From a virus: 64,000 bases of DNA. The DNA lies in the IMG/VR virus record IMGVR_UViG_3300044995_000369, positions 1 to 64,000 of that record; one strand, 5' to 3'. Positions 10,666 to 21,600 of this stretch are shown piece after piece. The position numbers and the translations under genes were made by a program. The stretch's first letter is position 1, and each line of letters opens with the position of its first letter. Below the pieces are notes generated by a model that saw nothing but the letters and a program-made list of their open reading frames with translations, made no database searches and had not been told where the DNA came from.

Positions 10666-13600
10666 TTAGCCTATCAGGCTCTGGAAGAACATGCTGTTAT
10701 ATACAGCTTTTTCCCTTCTTTCTGCTCTGATCCTTTCCGAAACCCATGGGGGAACATAGGATACATTAGCTTGATTGTTATATTGTGCAATCATTTTTCT
10801 TGGAAGCTCAGATTCTATTTCAGGTCTTTTGTCTATATATGAATCTCTTCCTGCACCCACAGTAACGTCTGGGGCAAACGTTCCCACAGCTAGGACCCCA
10901 AGTGCTGCTATTGCTGCATTTCTATATGCATTTTTTGAGAAAAGTTCATGTACCTTTCTTGTGACTCCTATTCTGGTTTCTTTACCCTTTTTACCTCTTA
11001 TTACTGACTTTATGTATTCCAGATCCATTTTACTCAGTACATTGCTATTAGCTATTTCCTCTATAAATGCCCTGCCAAAGGAGCTTTTTGAAATACCCTC
11101 TTTGTCCATTTTTGCTACTAAATCCATTATGAAGTCTCTTTCTCCGGCGTCCTTACTAACGCTTCCCAATAGGGAGGTCATTTTTCTATATTCCACTATG
11201 AGTCCAGATTCTTTCGCTGCTTTCATCAGGTTGACAGAACTTGTGATACCAAACTTAGAGAAGTTTAGGTACGTCTGGTTCATAGCTGCAGTATCTGAGT
11301 TGAGCTTGCTTATATGGTCCAACATATAAGCAAGAGTGCCCCTAGGTGTTACAGTAGCACTACCTTTACCAGCACGTTCTCCCTCCTCGTTTGCTTTTCT
11401 CATAGTTTCCTTTGCTTCCTTTACAACTTCTAGTTTAAGTTTTCTACTCACAGATACTGCATCTTCTTTCGTTACTTTGTCCCCAAAGGTTTCCATTAAG
11501 AAGTTTACAACTCTATCTGACTTTCTACTCCTCTTACCTTCTAGTAAGTCTTCCACTGCCATTTGTTTAGCTTGTCCAAACCTCAAAAGTTCCAAGGACC
11601 CAAAACTCTTCTTACCGCCTTTTCCGAGCATCTTTTCAGCAAAACCTGACCTTTCAATTTGTATTGCTTCTCTTACTGTAGGAGTAGTCTCCAGACCCTT
11701 TGTTGTTAGTTCATTATAGAGATTCTTAATGAGAGATTCTCTTTTAACATCGTCTTCGACAGAAGCTATAGTGCTTATCCTTTGGTATAGGTTTTTAACT
11801 CCTTCTCCAGCATCCTGCCCACCTTTCTTAATACCAATCGCAATATGCTGCTCAAACATATAACCCGCAAATGAGGCAACCTCTGACATTGCCCTTCCCA
11901 TTTGTCCTAGCTTGCCTATATTGTTTTCCGCAAGAGCAGCTCCAAATGCTCTCATCATCATAGGATATTTGTAAAGTTCTCCGGTTACTGACTTTTGAGT
12001 CATAAAGACTTTGGCATCGAGTCCTCTGATTCTCGTTACCTCATCCAATAATGTTTTAGCTCCTCCTTCCACCAATTCAAAAGAAGCTTCTGGGACTCTT
12101 TTCAAAGTTTCAAGAGCTGAATCTCTAAGGTCTTTTCCTCTAAAAAGGTTATAGTTTCTATTCAAGTAGGTTTCTTCAGAACGATCCTTTACTCCGCCTC
12201 CCAGCCTATTTAATAGGTCAATTACGTAACCTTCTACATAAGCGCCTTTTAGTACTTGTCTAGATGTCAACGTACTTTCTTCCTTTTTACCACCAAGGAG
12301 TTTTACAACAAGAGAGTCTTTTTGACCTTCTACTTTCGAAGAGGTAATAGTATCTGCTTTAGTAAGTATGTAAGTTTCGGACAATATCTTTTCTCTTTCT
12401 TTTCCCTCAATATTCTTTCCATGATTATCCATTAACCAGGCATCTAACACTTCTTTTTGCTTTCTATCTAAGTAAGCAGTCAAAGACTCCCCTGGTTTAA
12501 ATTCCATTTCTCCATGTACTGCCAGTTCCCTTTTCACAGCTTTTCGAACATAGTCCTCTATCTTTTCCAGAACTATTTCCTTTGCTTTAAACTTTTCGTT
12601 AGTCAGTAGTTCTATATTTCTAGCACTATATACATTTGCTGCTTTTAATCTACCGTCGGAATAAGAAAAGCTACTGTCAGACATGAAACCAAGAACGTTT
12701 GAAGTAACTATTGATTCTTTTGGGGAGCCCCATCTTCTATCTATAATGTTGGCAACAAGCTTGCCACGGTCTCCGTCAAAGTCACGGTCAAGTACAGATT
12801 GAAACAAAGCTCCAACCTTCATGCTAGCTTGCTTTATATAAGATATCAGGTATTCTGCATTATCAATTATTCCTCCCTTTTGTAGTTTAGTAAGCTCTGT
12901 ACTTAGCACGCTTCTAATAATCACTTGTTTCATGTGCTTACTAGCCGCGATGTTAGGATCGACTCCTTGAATACCTGTAACCCCTTCTCCCAAAATACCC
13001 TTAAAAAACTTAAAAGCTTCTGTAAGTTCTTCTACCAGTCCTCTTTCTCCTCTAACACCCTTAATCTCTCTTTGAAACTCTATTATTCTCTTTCTAAACT
13101 CATATTTCAATTTCTCATTTACGGAGGAGTTTTTAATTTGATTGGCCAGTTCTATGGAGAGTTTGATCAGACTTCTTGTTTTGTTTTTAGCTAGTTTCCT
13201 TATTTCTTCATCTGACATTCCTTGTAGTCTTAGAAGTTCTTCTTCGTTGTTGAAGCTAATAAGCGACTGGAGTCTATTAGCCAACAATTCAAATCCTATA
13301 AAATCCTTTGCGATTTTGGTTTTCTTTTTTTGAAGGACTTCATTAAATTTCCCGAGCTGTCCAGGAGCTGCTTTGTTTTCCTTTATATAGGAGTTAAGAG
13401 AATTTGCATCAATTCCTGCTCTTTCTATAAGTTCAAGGACATGAAAATTCTTGCCAAATCTTTCCTCAAACTCCTTGTATAGATTGGCTATTCCTCTGCT
13501 TATTGAGGCTGGGCCAGATCCTTTTCTGCTTTCTATTACCTTTTGCTCTCTTGCTTTGAATTCTTTTTGTTCTTCTGCTGCACTTTGTAATACCCTTTTA

Positions 13601-16600
13601 AGAAGTTTTATGTTTTCGGCATCTTCTCCTGAAGCATTATCAATTGCGTCTTGGAGAGCAGAATCAATAAGAGACCAGGTATTCTTTTCGTTAAGTCTCT
13701 CCCCTATAGATTTCCAATTACTGTACAACCTACCAATATCCATCCCTTTTGTTTTATTTCTTTTCAGCATTCCTATTTCTTGGATCGCGTTATTTATGTG
13801 TTTCCACGCATTAAATACATCTGCTTTATACTTACCACTGTAGATATGAGTACTTATTTTTTTGTAAAACCCCTCCTTACTGAATAGTTTTCTAATAGCC
13901 TGTACTCCTACAGCAGATTTGTTTTGGGTTGCTTTATTAATTGACTCCCAGCTGTTGAATCCCAAATCCTGGAAATTGCCAATTGTTCTTAATATTCTCC
14001 CCAGCTGAGCGTTTACCCTTCTCGCAGATCTTGAGTACTTTCCTTTTCTTACTTCTCTTTCTGTATCATAAATACCTTCGAAGTTTTTGGCAAGAGCTCC
14101 TAAAGGAGACTTGTCCAAATCTACAAACCCCAATTCTTTTGAAATATCTTGAAGCTCTGCTTCTAGTATTGCCTTTCCTATTTTGTTTGAAGAGAAGTTT
14201 GATACTAAAAATAATGCCCTGCTCGCAGAGACCATCTTGCTATTTGCCATTGCAGTAGCTTGTTCTTTATTTATAACTACTGCATTCCACTCGAGTTCCT
14301 GTCCTGGAAAACCTCTCTGCTCAGCAATTTTAGACCACGCAGATTTAATATCATCATATCTTGAAAGGTTTAAGTTAGCAGAATAGCCAGGGTTGATCTT
14401 ATATATCTCTTGACTTTTCTTCCCAAAACCAACTTGTCGAGCTTCTTCTTCAATCATATTATTCGCAATTCTTTCTATAGAAGTGCTCAATATTTCAAGC
14501 AGCTCTCTCAATTCTGCTTTGTTTGCTTCAGAGCTCGTAGACCCTGCATTTTTGATCATCCTTGATAACTTATTTAGTATCTCTATTTGCAAATGCTTTA
14601 GGCTTCCTCCATTCATCTTTTTTACGTTAATAACTCCATCCCTTTGTAGCAGTTTTAATAACTCTATTTGTTTGGCTTGCGTCTTTTCTTTAGTTTCACC
14701 TAGCAGACCTTGACCAAGTTTTATTATGTCCAGGACATCTACTTTCTCACCTATCTCTCCTGGTTTAGGGATACTTACATAAAGCATATTAGTCTTGGGA
14801 TTTCCTACGTAATCTTCCTGAAACAGATTTAGTCTTATCGGCTCTAGTAATGGAATTCCAGTAATCTTTAAACCGCTTCCAGGTATTACTTCCTGCATGG
14901 TTCTTTCTCTTGCCTTATAGAATATTCTAAGCCTTGTTTCATCTTCTTGATCTATGTAAAAGTTATCAATACCAAGAGCTCTTATCAAAGCCTCTGCCTT
15001 AGAACCAATATCTAAACCTGCATCAATTTTCCTGTATTTCTCTAGTACTTCCGTAACTGTGAAGTCTCCCACTCTTCTTTTTTTGATCCTTTCAGACTTT
15101 AGTGCTGTATCTACAGCAGTTTCTCCTGTCACAAACGCATCTTTTGTCATATACGTGACTTCATCAAGTACTGAAAGACTATCTTTATAGACCTTTCTAC
15201 TAGCTTCTATGAGTCTTCTGGCATCCTCGTTTTGATTTTCACGAGTAGCCATGTTAATGCTTTTGTTAAAAGACAGTGCTGCCATCCTGCTCAAGTAGTT
15301 CCTTTCTATGTTCATACTCATTAGACTTGATAGGTAGGAACTCATCGCCCTGTTTATGTTGCGCATACCAGTTATTTCTATAGCGTTGAATATAGCCCCT
15401 CCCTCGTAGAAGTTGTTTCCATAAACAGGTTTCGAATGTTTTGGATAAAAATCATGACCTTGAGCTACGCCTTGTCCAAACATAATGTCTAGAAACATGG
15501 ACTTAGATGAGTTAACCTTATCTCCTGCGACCATGTTCACTACTTTGGTAACGTATGTTTTGCCTGGGGATTGGTCGTCTATGTATCCAAAAAACAGATC
15601 TTTGTTTTTGCTAGAACCAAGGTTCCTTTGCAAGAGAATTGCATTAATGTCCTCATTTACTTTTTTCATTGCTTCAATATTTTTGTCCCTAATCATTTCG
15701 AGGAACTTTACGGTAGCTTTTGTATGTCTCCAGTTTTCTAGTGCATTTGCAGTAAGTTTGAAACTTACTGTAGTTTCTCCACTGGATTTAACTCTGCTGA
15801 TTCCGAGACTAGATATGAATCTTTCTCCAGGTCTTCTATCTCTACCTAAAATAATCTTTGCGAAAAGGTCTTCTGCTGCTTCATAAAAGCTAGATCCTTT
15901 TGCCATTTGGCCGTTTATATTTATAACTGCCTGTCTTGAATCCAAATATCCGATTTGCCCTTTCATTGAATACTTGACATATTGGGAAAGATTTTTGGCA
16001 TCTGACAGTTCATTTTCTGCTAACTGAGACAATATCCTTCTGAATATGCCCTCATTCAACTGCAAGTTATATCCTTTACCAATTAGGAAGTCGCCAGATG
16101 AAACTTGATGGATATGATTCCTTTCTATAGCTTCAGCAGCTGCTCTAGCTATTCGTACTTCTGGGTCAGAAGAAACTCTTTGAGAAAAAACATGTTCAAC
16201 TAGTTCTCTAGCTCCTTGCGGAGCCATAATTTTATTAGTCGTTTTTGAGGATTCCTTTGTGACCTCCCCCAAAATATTTTTCGTATTGTAGTCTCCGGCA
16301 AATCTATATTGTACAATATTAGAGTCTCCAGTATATCTTTTTTCAAATAGCACAACGTAATGCGGAGTTTGAAGTTCCACAGAAGAACCTCTCAACTTTT
16401 CAACTCTCATATTTTCACTAACTGGAATGTCTAAAGCTTGTGCTTCTTCCCTAGTTACCAGGATCATAGGGGATCTATTCTTTTCAGCTTCTTTCAGTTT
16501 TCTTGTAATACTTTTAAATATCCTACTACCAGATTTGCTTTCTCTTCCGGATATGTACTTTATGGAATCTTCTCTTCCTCTCCTAACTCTTCTAGAAACT

Positions 16601-18696
16601 GCTTCTTCAGATGCCTTATTAAAAGTTACTGTGTGATCTGCAATATATGCTATAGAGTTAGATACCTGAATTAAATCCACGTTTGGGTTATTATATATCT
16701 CTGAAAACTTAACCCCGTATCTTCCTATAGTAATACTTTGGTCTCTTTCTACCCCTAAGACACCTGATAACTCATCTCCTATTGTAATCAGGACTCTTCT
16801 GACTCTAAAGGAAGCTTCCTCCCCTTCCATGAAGCTTCCTTTAGTAGTTGTTTTCCATTTTTGGTTTGCTATGTCGTACCTTTCCAAACCCGGCACCATT
16901 CTATATTTGGCGAGGATCTTTTTTATTCTTTCTTTCCCCCTCTTGATACTTTGAAACCTGGGGTTGAATCTAGTCTCTTGGTCAGTTTCCATACTTTCTG
17001 CTCTGCTTTTGGCAGAACTTAACCTCATTCTGATTTTCCTAAGCCTGTCCGCCATGATTTTTCTTTCTTCGTAATAAGAAACTCTCGCACCAGTATGGAT
17101 AGCTCTTTTAACTGCAGAGTTAATGTTGAAGCCAAGAGCAAGATTAGTTCTTAGTGCTTGCTGACCTTGTGCATGTCCTCCCGCAAAAGCCACCCCACTA
17201 GGAACCGCTACTGTTTTTGCACTTTCTGCAGCTCCGGTTGATCCTGCTAATGTGGTCCTTGATTCTATATCGTATAGCTCTAGTTCCCTTCCATCAATTA
17301 GAAGATACATGGGGTTTTCAGTTATAGAAGAAAGGTACTTGAGGTTGAGTTCTCTTATTATATCTTTTACCGATTTGGATCCTCTTTTGCCAAGATCAGA
17401 TATTCCTTTTTGTTTGATATAATCCATGAGCGCAGCTTTCTCTGGATCCTCCGCCATTAGCTTAGGTCTCTCCAAAATAACGGATCCAGGAAAGAGCTCT
17501 TGTTCATGACTCTTTTCTATCACTTCAAATGCTTCTTCATCAAATTGCAGATTCCTGATAGTAGAGACAATAGTGTTAATAAGTGACAAGTTGTCTTTCT
17601 TACCTGGAACTCTTTGAAGCCTTTGTACTTGAGCAGTCAAAGCTCTTATTGTTCCATCAAATCTTCCACCTTCTCCGAAAACAGTCTGACTTGGCAATAT
17701 TAGGATGTTCTTTTTTCCTTCTACTCTATACTTCACTTTGGAGACTCTTGTTTGTCCATCAATTCTAAAAGTGTTGTGAGCTATAAACGAAGAGAAAAGT
17801 TTGCCATCGAATCTGTTTTCAGAAAATCCGGCAAGCTCTATCTGCTTGCGTATCATGTCATCACCATAAAAGGCAGGCAATTCCACTTCGAACTTTGCAT
17901 TCCCATAACCACTGGGAAGAGTTATTTCATACCTGTACATCCCAGGAGATCCTTTGTAAACTTTTATATTTTCAAACTCTCGAGGATTGGAGTCTATGTT
18001 ATCTATGTTTACGCCGAAGCTGTTTTTTAGGAACTTTGCTAAGATCCTAAATGCTTTTTGTCCTGAACTTGTTAGATCTTTTACTTCAAGCCTGCTTTTC
18101 ATGGAATCAACTATGTGTCTCTGTTCTGCAATAATCTTTGCTGCTTCTAGTCTTCTTACAGACTCTGCAAATGACTCTCCAGATTCTGCAGACCTAAGCC
18201 ATTCCCACTCTTGGTCTCTTGTATACATTTCTCTGTACTGAGCAACTTTTCTGTCATCCTTACTAACATAGACAGTATAAGGCTTTTCGTTTATGTCTTG
18301 AACAAGAGTCCTTATTCTTCTTTCTAATTCTTCTCTTCTTCTAGCTATATCTTCATGATCTGCATCTACAGAAGACTCTTCTGCCCTCAGTTCCTCTAAT
18401 TCTTTTGCGTAATTATAGAATTCTTCATTTATCTTTGTTTCGTTGATAGTACTCTGTGCTCTAGGATTTCTTGAAAAGTGTGTACCTCTTCTTACATTTC
18501 TTTCGTAATTTCTGATCCTATACAAAGCATTTCTTCTTTTGTCTGCTGCCCTAGCTCTTTGTATAATCCACATAGCAGCAGGGGGTAAGCTAGTCAATAA
18601 GCCCAACTGAAATATTGATTCATTTTGATAATCTCCTTGGTTTTCTGGAGATAGGGTAGGATTGTTTAAATATATTTCTGCGTCTCTATATTTCAT
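10666..18696 (-). CDS. Putative single-subunit two-barrel RNA polymerase, likely virion-packaged (2676 aa)
   Basis: VLDRDFDGDRGKLV (DFDGD at 12769-12783) matches the beta-prime NADFDGD metal-binding loop. VVLFEKRYTGDSNIVQYRFAGDYNTKNILGEV (~16261-16362) parallels the beta [28 protein letters not shown] motif. The gene is coupled to the tape measure gene by an ATGA overlap. Confidence 0.7.
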   Translation of the reverse strand: MKYRDAEIYLNNPTLSPENQGDYQNESIFQLGLLTSLPPAAMWIIQRARAADKRRNALYRIRNYERNVRRGTHFSRNPRAQSTINETKINEEFYNYAKELEELRAEESSVDADHEDIARRREELERRIRTLVQDINEKPYTVYVSKDDRKVAQYREMYTRDQEWEWLRSAESGESFAESVRRLEAAKIIAEQRHIVDSMKSRLEVKDLTSSGQKAFRILAKFLKNSFGVNIDNIDSNPREFENIKVYKGSPGMYRYEITLPSGYGNAKFEVELPAFYGDDMIRKQIELAGFSENRFDGKLFSSFIAHNTFRIDGQTRVSKVKYRVEGKKNILILPSQTVFGEGGRFDGTIRALTAQVQRLQRVPGKKDNLSLINTIVSTIRNLQFDEEAFEVIEKSHEQELFPGSVILERPKLMAEDPEKAALMDYIKQKGISDLGKRGSKSVKDIIRELNLKYLSSITENPMYLLIDGRELELYDIESRTTLAGSTGAAESAKTVAVPSGVAFAGGHAQGQQALRTNLALGFNINSAVKRAIHTGARVSYYEERKIMADRLRKIRMRLSSAKSRAESMETDQETRFNPRFQSIKRGKERIKKILAKYRMVPGLERYDIANQKWKTTTKGSFMEGEEASFRVRRVLITIGDELSGVLGVERDQSITIGRYGVKFSEIYNNPNVDLIQVSNSIAYIADHTVTFNKASEEAVSRRVRRGREDSIKYISGRESKSGSRIFKSITRKLKEAEKNRSPMILVTREEAQALDIPVSENMRVEKLRGSSVELQTPHYVVLFEKRYTGDSNIVQYRFAGDYNTKNILGEVTKESSKTTNKIMAPQGARELVEHVFSQRVSSDPEVRIARAAAEAIERNHIHQVSSGDFLIGKGYNLQLNEGIFRRILSQLAENELSDAKNLSQYVKYSMKGQIGYLDSRQAVININGQMAKGSSFYEAAEDLFAKIILGRDRRPGERFISSLGISRVKSSGETTVSFKLTANALENWRHTKATVKFLEMIRDKNIEAMKKVNEDINAILLQRNLGSSKNKDLFFGYIDDQSPGKTYVTKVVNMVAGDKVNSSKSMFLDIMFGQGVAQGHDFYPKHSKPVYGNNFYEGGAIFNAIEITGMRNINRAMSSYLSSLMSMNIERNYLSRMAALSFNKSINMATRENQNEDARRLIEASRKVYKDSLSVLDEVTYMTKDAFVTGETAVDTALKSERIKKRRVGDFTVTEVLEKYRKIDAGLDIGSKAEALIRALGIDNFYIDQEDETRLRIFYKARERTMQEVIPGSGLKITGIPLLEPIRLNLFQEDYVGNPKTNMLYVSIPKPGEIGEKVDVLDIIKLGQGLLGETKEKTQAKQIELLKLLQRDGVINVKKMNGGSLKHLQIEILNKLSRMIKNAGSTSSEANKAELRELLEILSTSIERIANNMIEEEARQVGFGKKSQEIYKINPGYSANLNLSRYDDIKSAWSKIAEQRGFPGQELEWNAVVINKEQATAMANSKMVSASRALFLVSNFSSNKIGKAILEAELQDISKELGFVDLDKSPLGALAKNFEGIYDTEREVRKGKYSRSARRVNAQLGRILRTIGNFQDLGFNSWESINKATQNKSAVGVQAIRKLFSKEGFYKKISTHIYSGKYKADVFNAWKHINNAIQEIGMLKRNKTKGMDIGRLYSNWKSIGERLNEKNTWSLIDSALQDAIDNASGEDAENIKLLKRVLQSAAEEQKEFKAREQKVIESRKGSGPASISRGIANLYKEFEERFGKNFHVLELIERAGIDANSLNSYIKENKAAPGQLGKFNEVLQKKKTKIAKDFIGFELLANRLQSLISFNNEEELLRLQGMSDEEIRKLAKNKTRSLIKLSIELANQIKNSSVNEKLKYEFRKRIIEFQREIKGVRGERGLVEELTEAFKFFKGILGEGVTGIQGVDPNIAASKHMKQVIIRSVLSTELTKLQKGGIIDNAEYLISYIKQASMKVGALFQSVLDRDFDGDRGKLVANIIDRRWGSPKESIVTSNVLGFMSDSSFSYSDGRLKAANVYSARNIELLTNEKFKAKEIVLEKIEDYVRKAVKRELAVHGEMEFKPGESLTAYLDRKQKEVLDAWLMDNHGKNIEGKEREKILSETYILTKADTITSSKVEGQKDSLVVKLLGGKKEESTLTSRQVLKGAYVEGYVIDLLNRLGGGVKDRSEETYLNRNYNLFRGKDLRDSALETLKRVPEASFELVEGGAKTLLDEVTRIRGLDAKVFMTQKSVTGELYKYPMMMRAFGAALAENNIGKLGQMGRAMSEVASFAGYMFEQHIAIGIKKGGQDAGEGVKNLYQRISTIASVEDDVKRESLIKNLYNELTTKGLETTPTVREAIQIERSGFAEKMLGKGGKKSFGSLELLRFGQAKQMAVEDLLEGKRSRKSDRVVNFLMETFGDKVTKEDAVSVSRKLKLEVVKEAKETMRKANEEGERAGKGSATVTPRGTLAYMLDHISKLNSDTAAMNQTYLNFSKFGITSSVNLMKAAKESGLIVEYRKMTSLLGSVSKDAGERDFIMDLVAKMDKEGISKSSFGRAFIEEIANSNVLSKMDLEYIKSVIRGKKGKETRIGVTRKVHELFSKNAYRNAAIAALGVLAVGTFAPDVTVGAGRDSYIDKRPEIESELPRKMIAQYNNQANVSYVPPWVSERIRAERREKAVYNSMFFQSLIG

Positions 18697-21600
18697 AGTC
18701 TGACAACCGATCCAAATTTAGGTATGAATCCTGGGTATCCTGGGTCTTCATCTAGCGTAGGAATATCCATACCTCTAACATTCTCCATATACTTTACCCT
18801 ATTAACTTGCTGGGTCCAACCAAGACCGAGTTCATGAGCATCCAAACCTCTGGTTTGGAGAGTTTTGTAGATTATGTCATCCGATCTGAACCGAAGAGGA
18901 GCTCCTTCTACTACTCTTCTGGCATCTGTTATATACTTCTGGTATATGCTAGTATCGGGGACTTCGCCTGTAGCATATGATAAAAATAGACCTCTGGTAT
19001 GAGCTGGCAAGAGAGGGGCTATTTTTTCTATATCCTCCTTGTGCATATTTAGCATCATTCTTCTGACATAAGACCTTTCAGCAGGGGATAGAGAACCAGT
19101 AACATCGTTAAAACCTGCTACTTCTCCCAGATATGCCCCTTCAGTATAAGCATAGTAAGCGGAGGATTTCTTTCTTAATGTGAATCTCCTATCTCTAGCT
19201 TCGTATTCATCTGCCAGCTCTGTTGCCTCTTTGTACTTCAGAGCGTCGGCAAGAGCCTGTACATCATCAAGTTCTTGCATCCTGCTGGCTCTTGTATTAC
19301 TAGTTAGACCAAGCAAACTAGCAGCCCCTGCAATCCCTGCACCAAGGCCAGCTCCAATAGGACCTCCAAATATAAATCCTCCTGTTGCTCCAGACACAGT
19401 TGCTTGAAGAGGATCTTCTTCTGCTGCTATCAAGCTTATGTTTGCAGCAATGTAGTCTTCTATCGGATTTTGCCACCTAGTAAATCCTTTACCTAATGCA
19501 ATATCTTCTCTGTACTGTTCATACATAGATTTCTTACCCATCAATTTATTGAGTATGGGATTCCTAAAGTGTGTAATGTATTCTCCAACCGCTCCAATCA
19601 ACTGTTCTGGTTTCGAGTACTTTTCTGCTTCCTCTCTGAGTTTTATCGCTTCTGTTCCCATGGGGGTTTTACCCATTAACAAAGGAATAAACTTATATTC
19701 TTGAGTTTTTCGAGATTTGAGTCTTTTGATAAATTGATCCATGATATTCCTGTACATTGCCATCTCTTTGTTTCCCAAAATACCAGCACCAATTTGCTGG
19801 TGTACAATCTTCATTTCAAGCTGGGTCTCTTTTGAGAAAGGAGCAACATTTACAAGTATTTGGAGTCTATTTAGATGAGAATATGCGGGCCATCTGTTAA
19901 CGGAGTACCCTTCTTCTTGAATATCTTTAGTTATTTTGCTGGCTTGCCTTGCTGCTGACTTTGCCAGCTTCACATCATTCAGATACTTTTTCAAGTCTGC
20001 ATATATAATTTGTTTACTTATATTCCCATCTTTATCCATGGCTATAAGTAAACCCTGCTTGATATCTTTTGTGTTGTTTACCAAGTATGCATTAAGTTGA
20101 GCAACTCCTCCAGGGTCCACGTAATTATCTATTATTGGAACAACTGCAATTGCTGTTTTCAAACCCTTTTCATCCTGCATTACTGCATCTACAAAAGAGT
20201 GCACGTCATTTTTCACATCATATGCTACATCTGATTCTTTAATAATCGGCATTGTTTTTTTGAGTTCTCCAATAAGCTCTTTTCTTGTTCTTTCTACAAC
20301 ATGCCAGTTTCTCCTAAGAGATGCTAAGTAAGTTACGTCTCCTGCATAAAAACTGACTTGTTCCTCAAATGACTTTCCCATTACCATTGAGTCTATAGGA
20401 TATGTATAATAAACGTCGTGGGTTGCTTCATATGCTTTCCCAGGAAGTCTAACCTCTCCCATTTGGATTTTGTTGTAAGGATCTCCTGTAAGAAAGTCTA
20501 TAAAGGAGTCTTTCCCAGGTAGCCATAGTGGCATAGCGTTAGCTATCCTGTTGACTCTTTCTGTGTCACCAGGAGAAGGATTTGGGAATATACGACGAAT
20601 TCCCTCACTTAATCCAACAATACCTCCAAGTTCCTTTTCCCAATAAGCTTTGCTAAAACTTGCTATATCATTTGCAGATTCTATTCTGAAACCACCACTG
20701 AAACCGGTAGGACCTCTATCTGTGGCCATATCTATAACATTACCCAATACAAATCCACGAAGGCCAGCAACATCTAGCATGTTATCTATTGTTGTGTCTG
20801 TAGCAGCTCCAATACTGTCGGGACTTATGATCGGAAGAGAGGAGATGGAACGCCCTCCTACTATTTCTCCTCCGTAAAAAGCTCCCCTTCCGCTCGATAT
20901 AGGAGTTATTGAGTTAAGTGTTCCAGAGTATTGGAGACCTGGTACTGCTCCACCAGCTAGTAATGCACTTTGACTCATTTCTTGAAGAAAGTCTTGGTGC
21001 ATATACCTACTCCCCCCAACAAGTGAATTTAGTGCGGTACCAATAAGAGGAAGGTTGCTAAATTTCCCTCCTACCATTTCATATGGGCGACTAATGTAAT
21101 GTTTTTCAGCATATACTCCAGGGTCTATGTAAGACTGAACCACATCAACTAGATCATTCCCGATATAGTTATCTGCTCTTTGATACTGTTTCTTTTGTAG
21201 GGCATACAAGGAAGGTCTAAAGTAAGTTATCTTATCTCCCCAAAATGCAGAACCGGAAAGCTCCCAAAACCTGCCCTTAGATACAGCAACTTCTTTTTCT
21301 CCGCTAAGTTCTGCTATTACTTGTTCTCTGCCTTTTGCTAAATTCCAACTATCGTCAAAGAGTCCAAGAGGACCTCCCCCCAAAATCATACCTATACCAG
21401 CACCTATCATACCTCCTTTTATAGGACCAACCCTACCCATATTACCAATTTTCAGGCCCATTCCTATTGGTAATAACCCTCTTATTAAACCAGATAGAGG
21501 AGAGTCTATTGAACCAGGGACTAATTCCTCCATTTTTTGAGCGAATGATGTTATTCCTGTAAAATCACTCACTGTTTGGGAAAGAACTCTTGCTCCAGCA

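Noticed and set aside
18690-18725. Possible frameshift fusing the tape measure protein and the RNAP-like protein, as in the P23-45 fusion
   Set aside because: The -1 frame has a TAA only eight codons upstream of the ATG and there is no usable slippery site. A simple ATGA translational coupling explains the junction.
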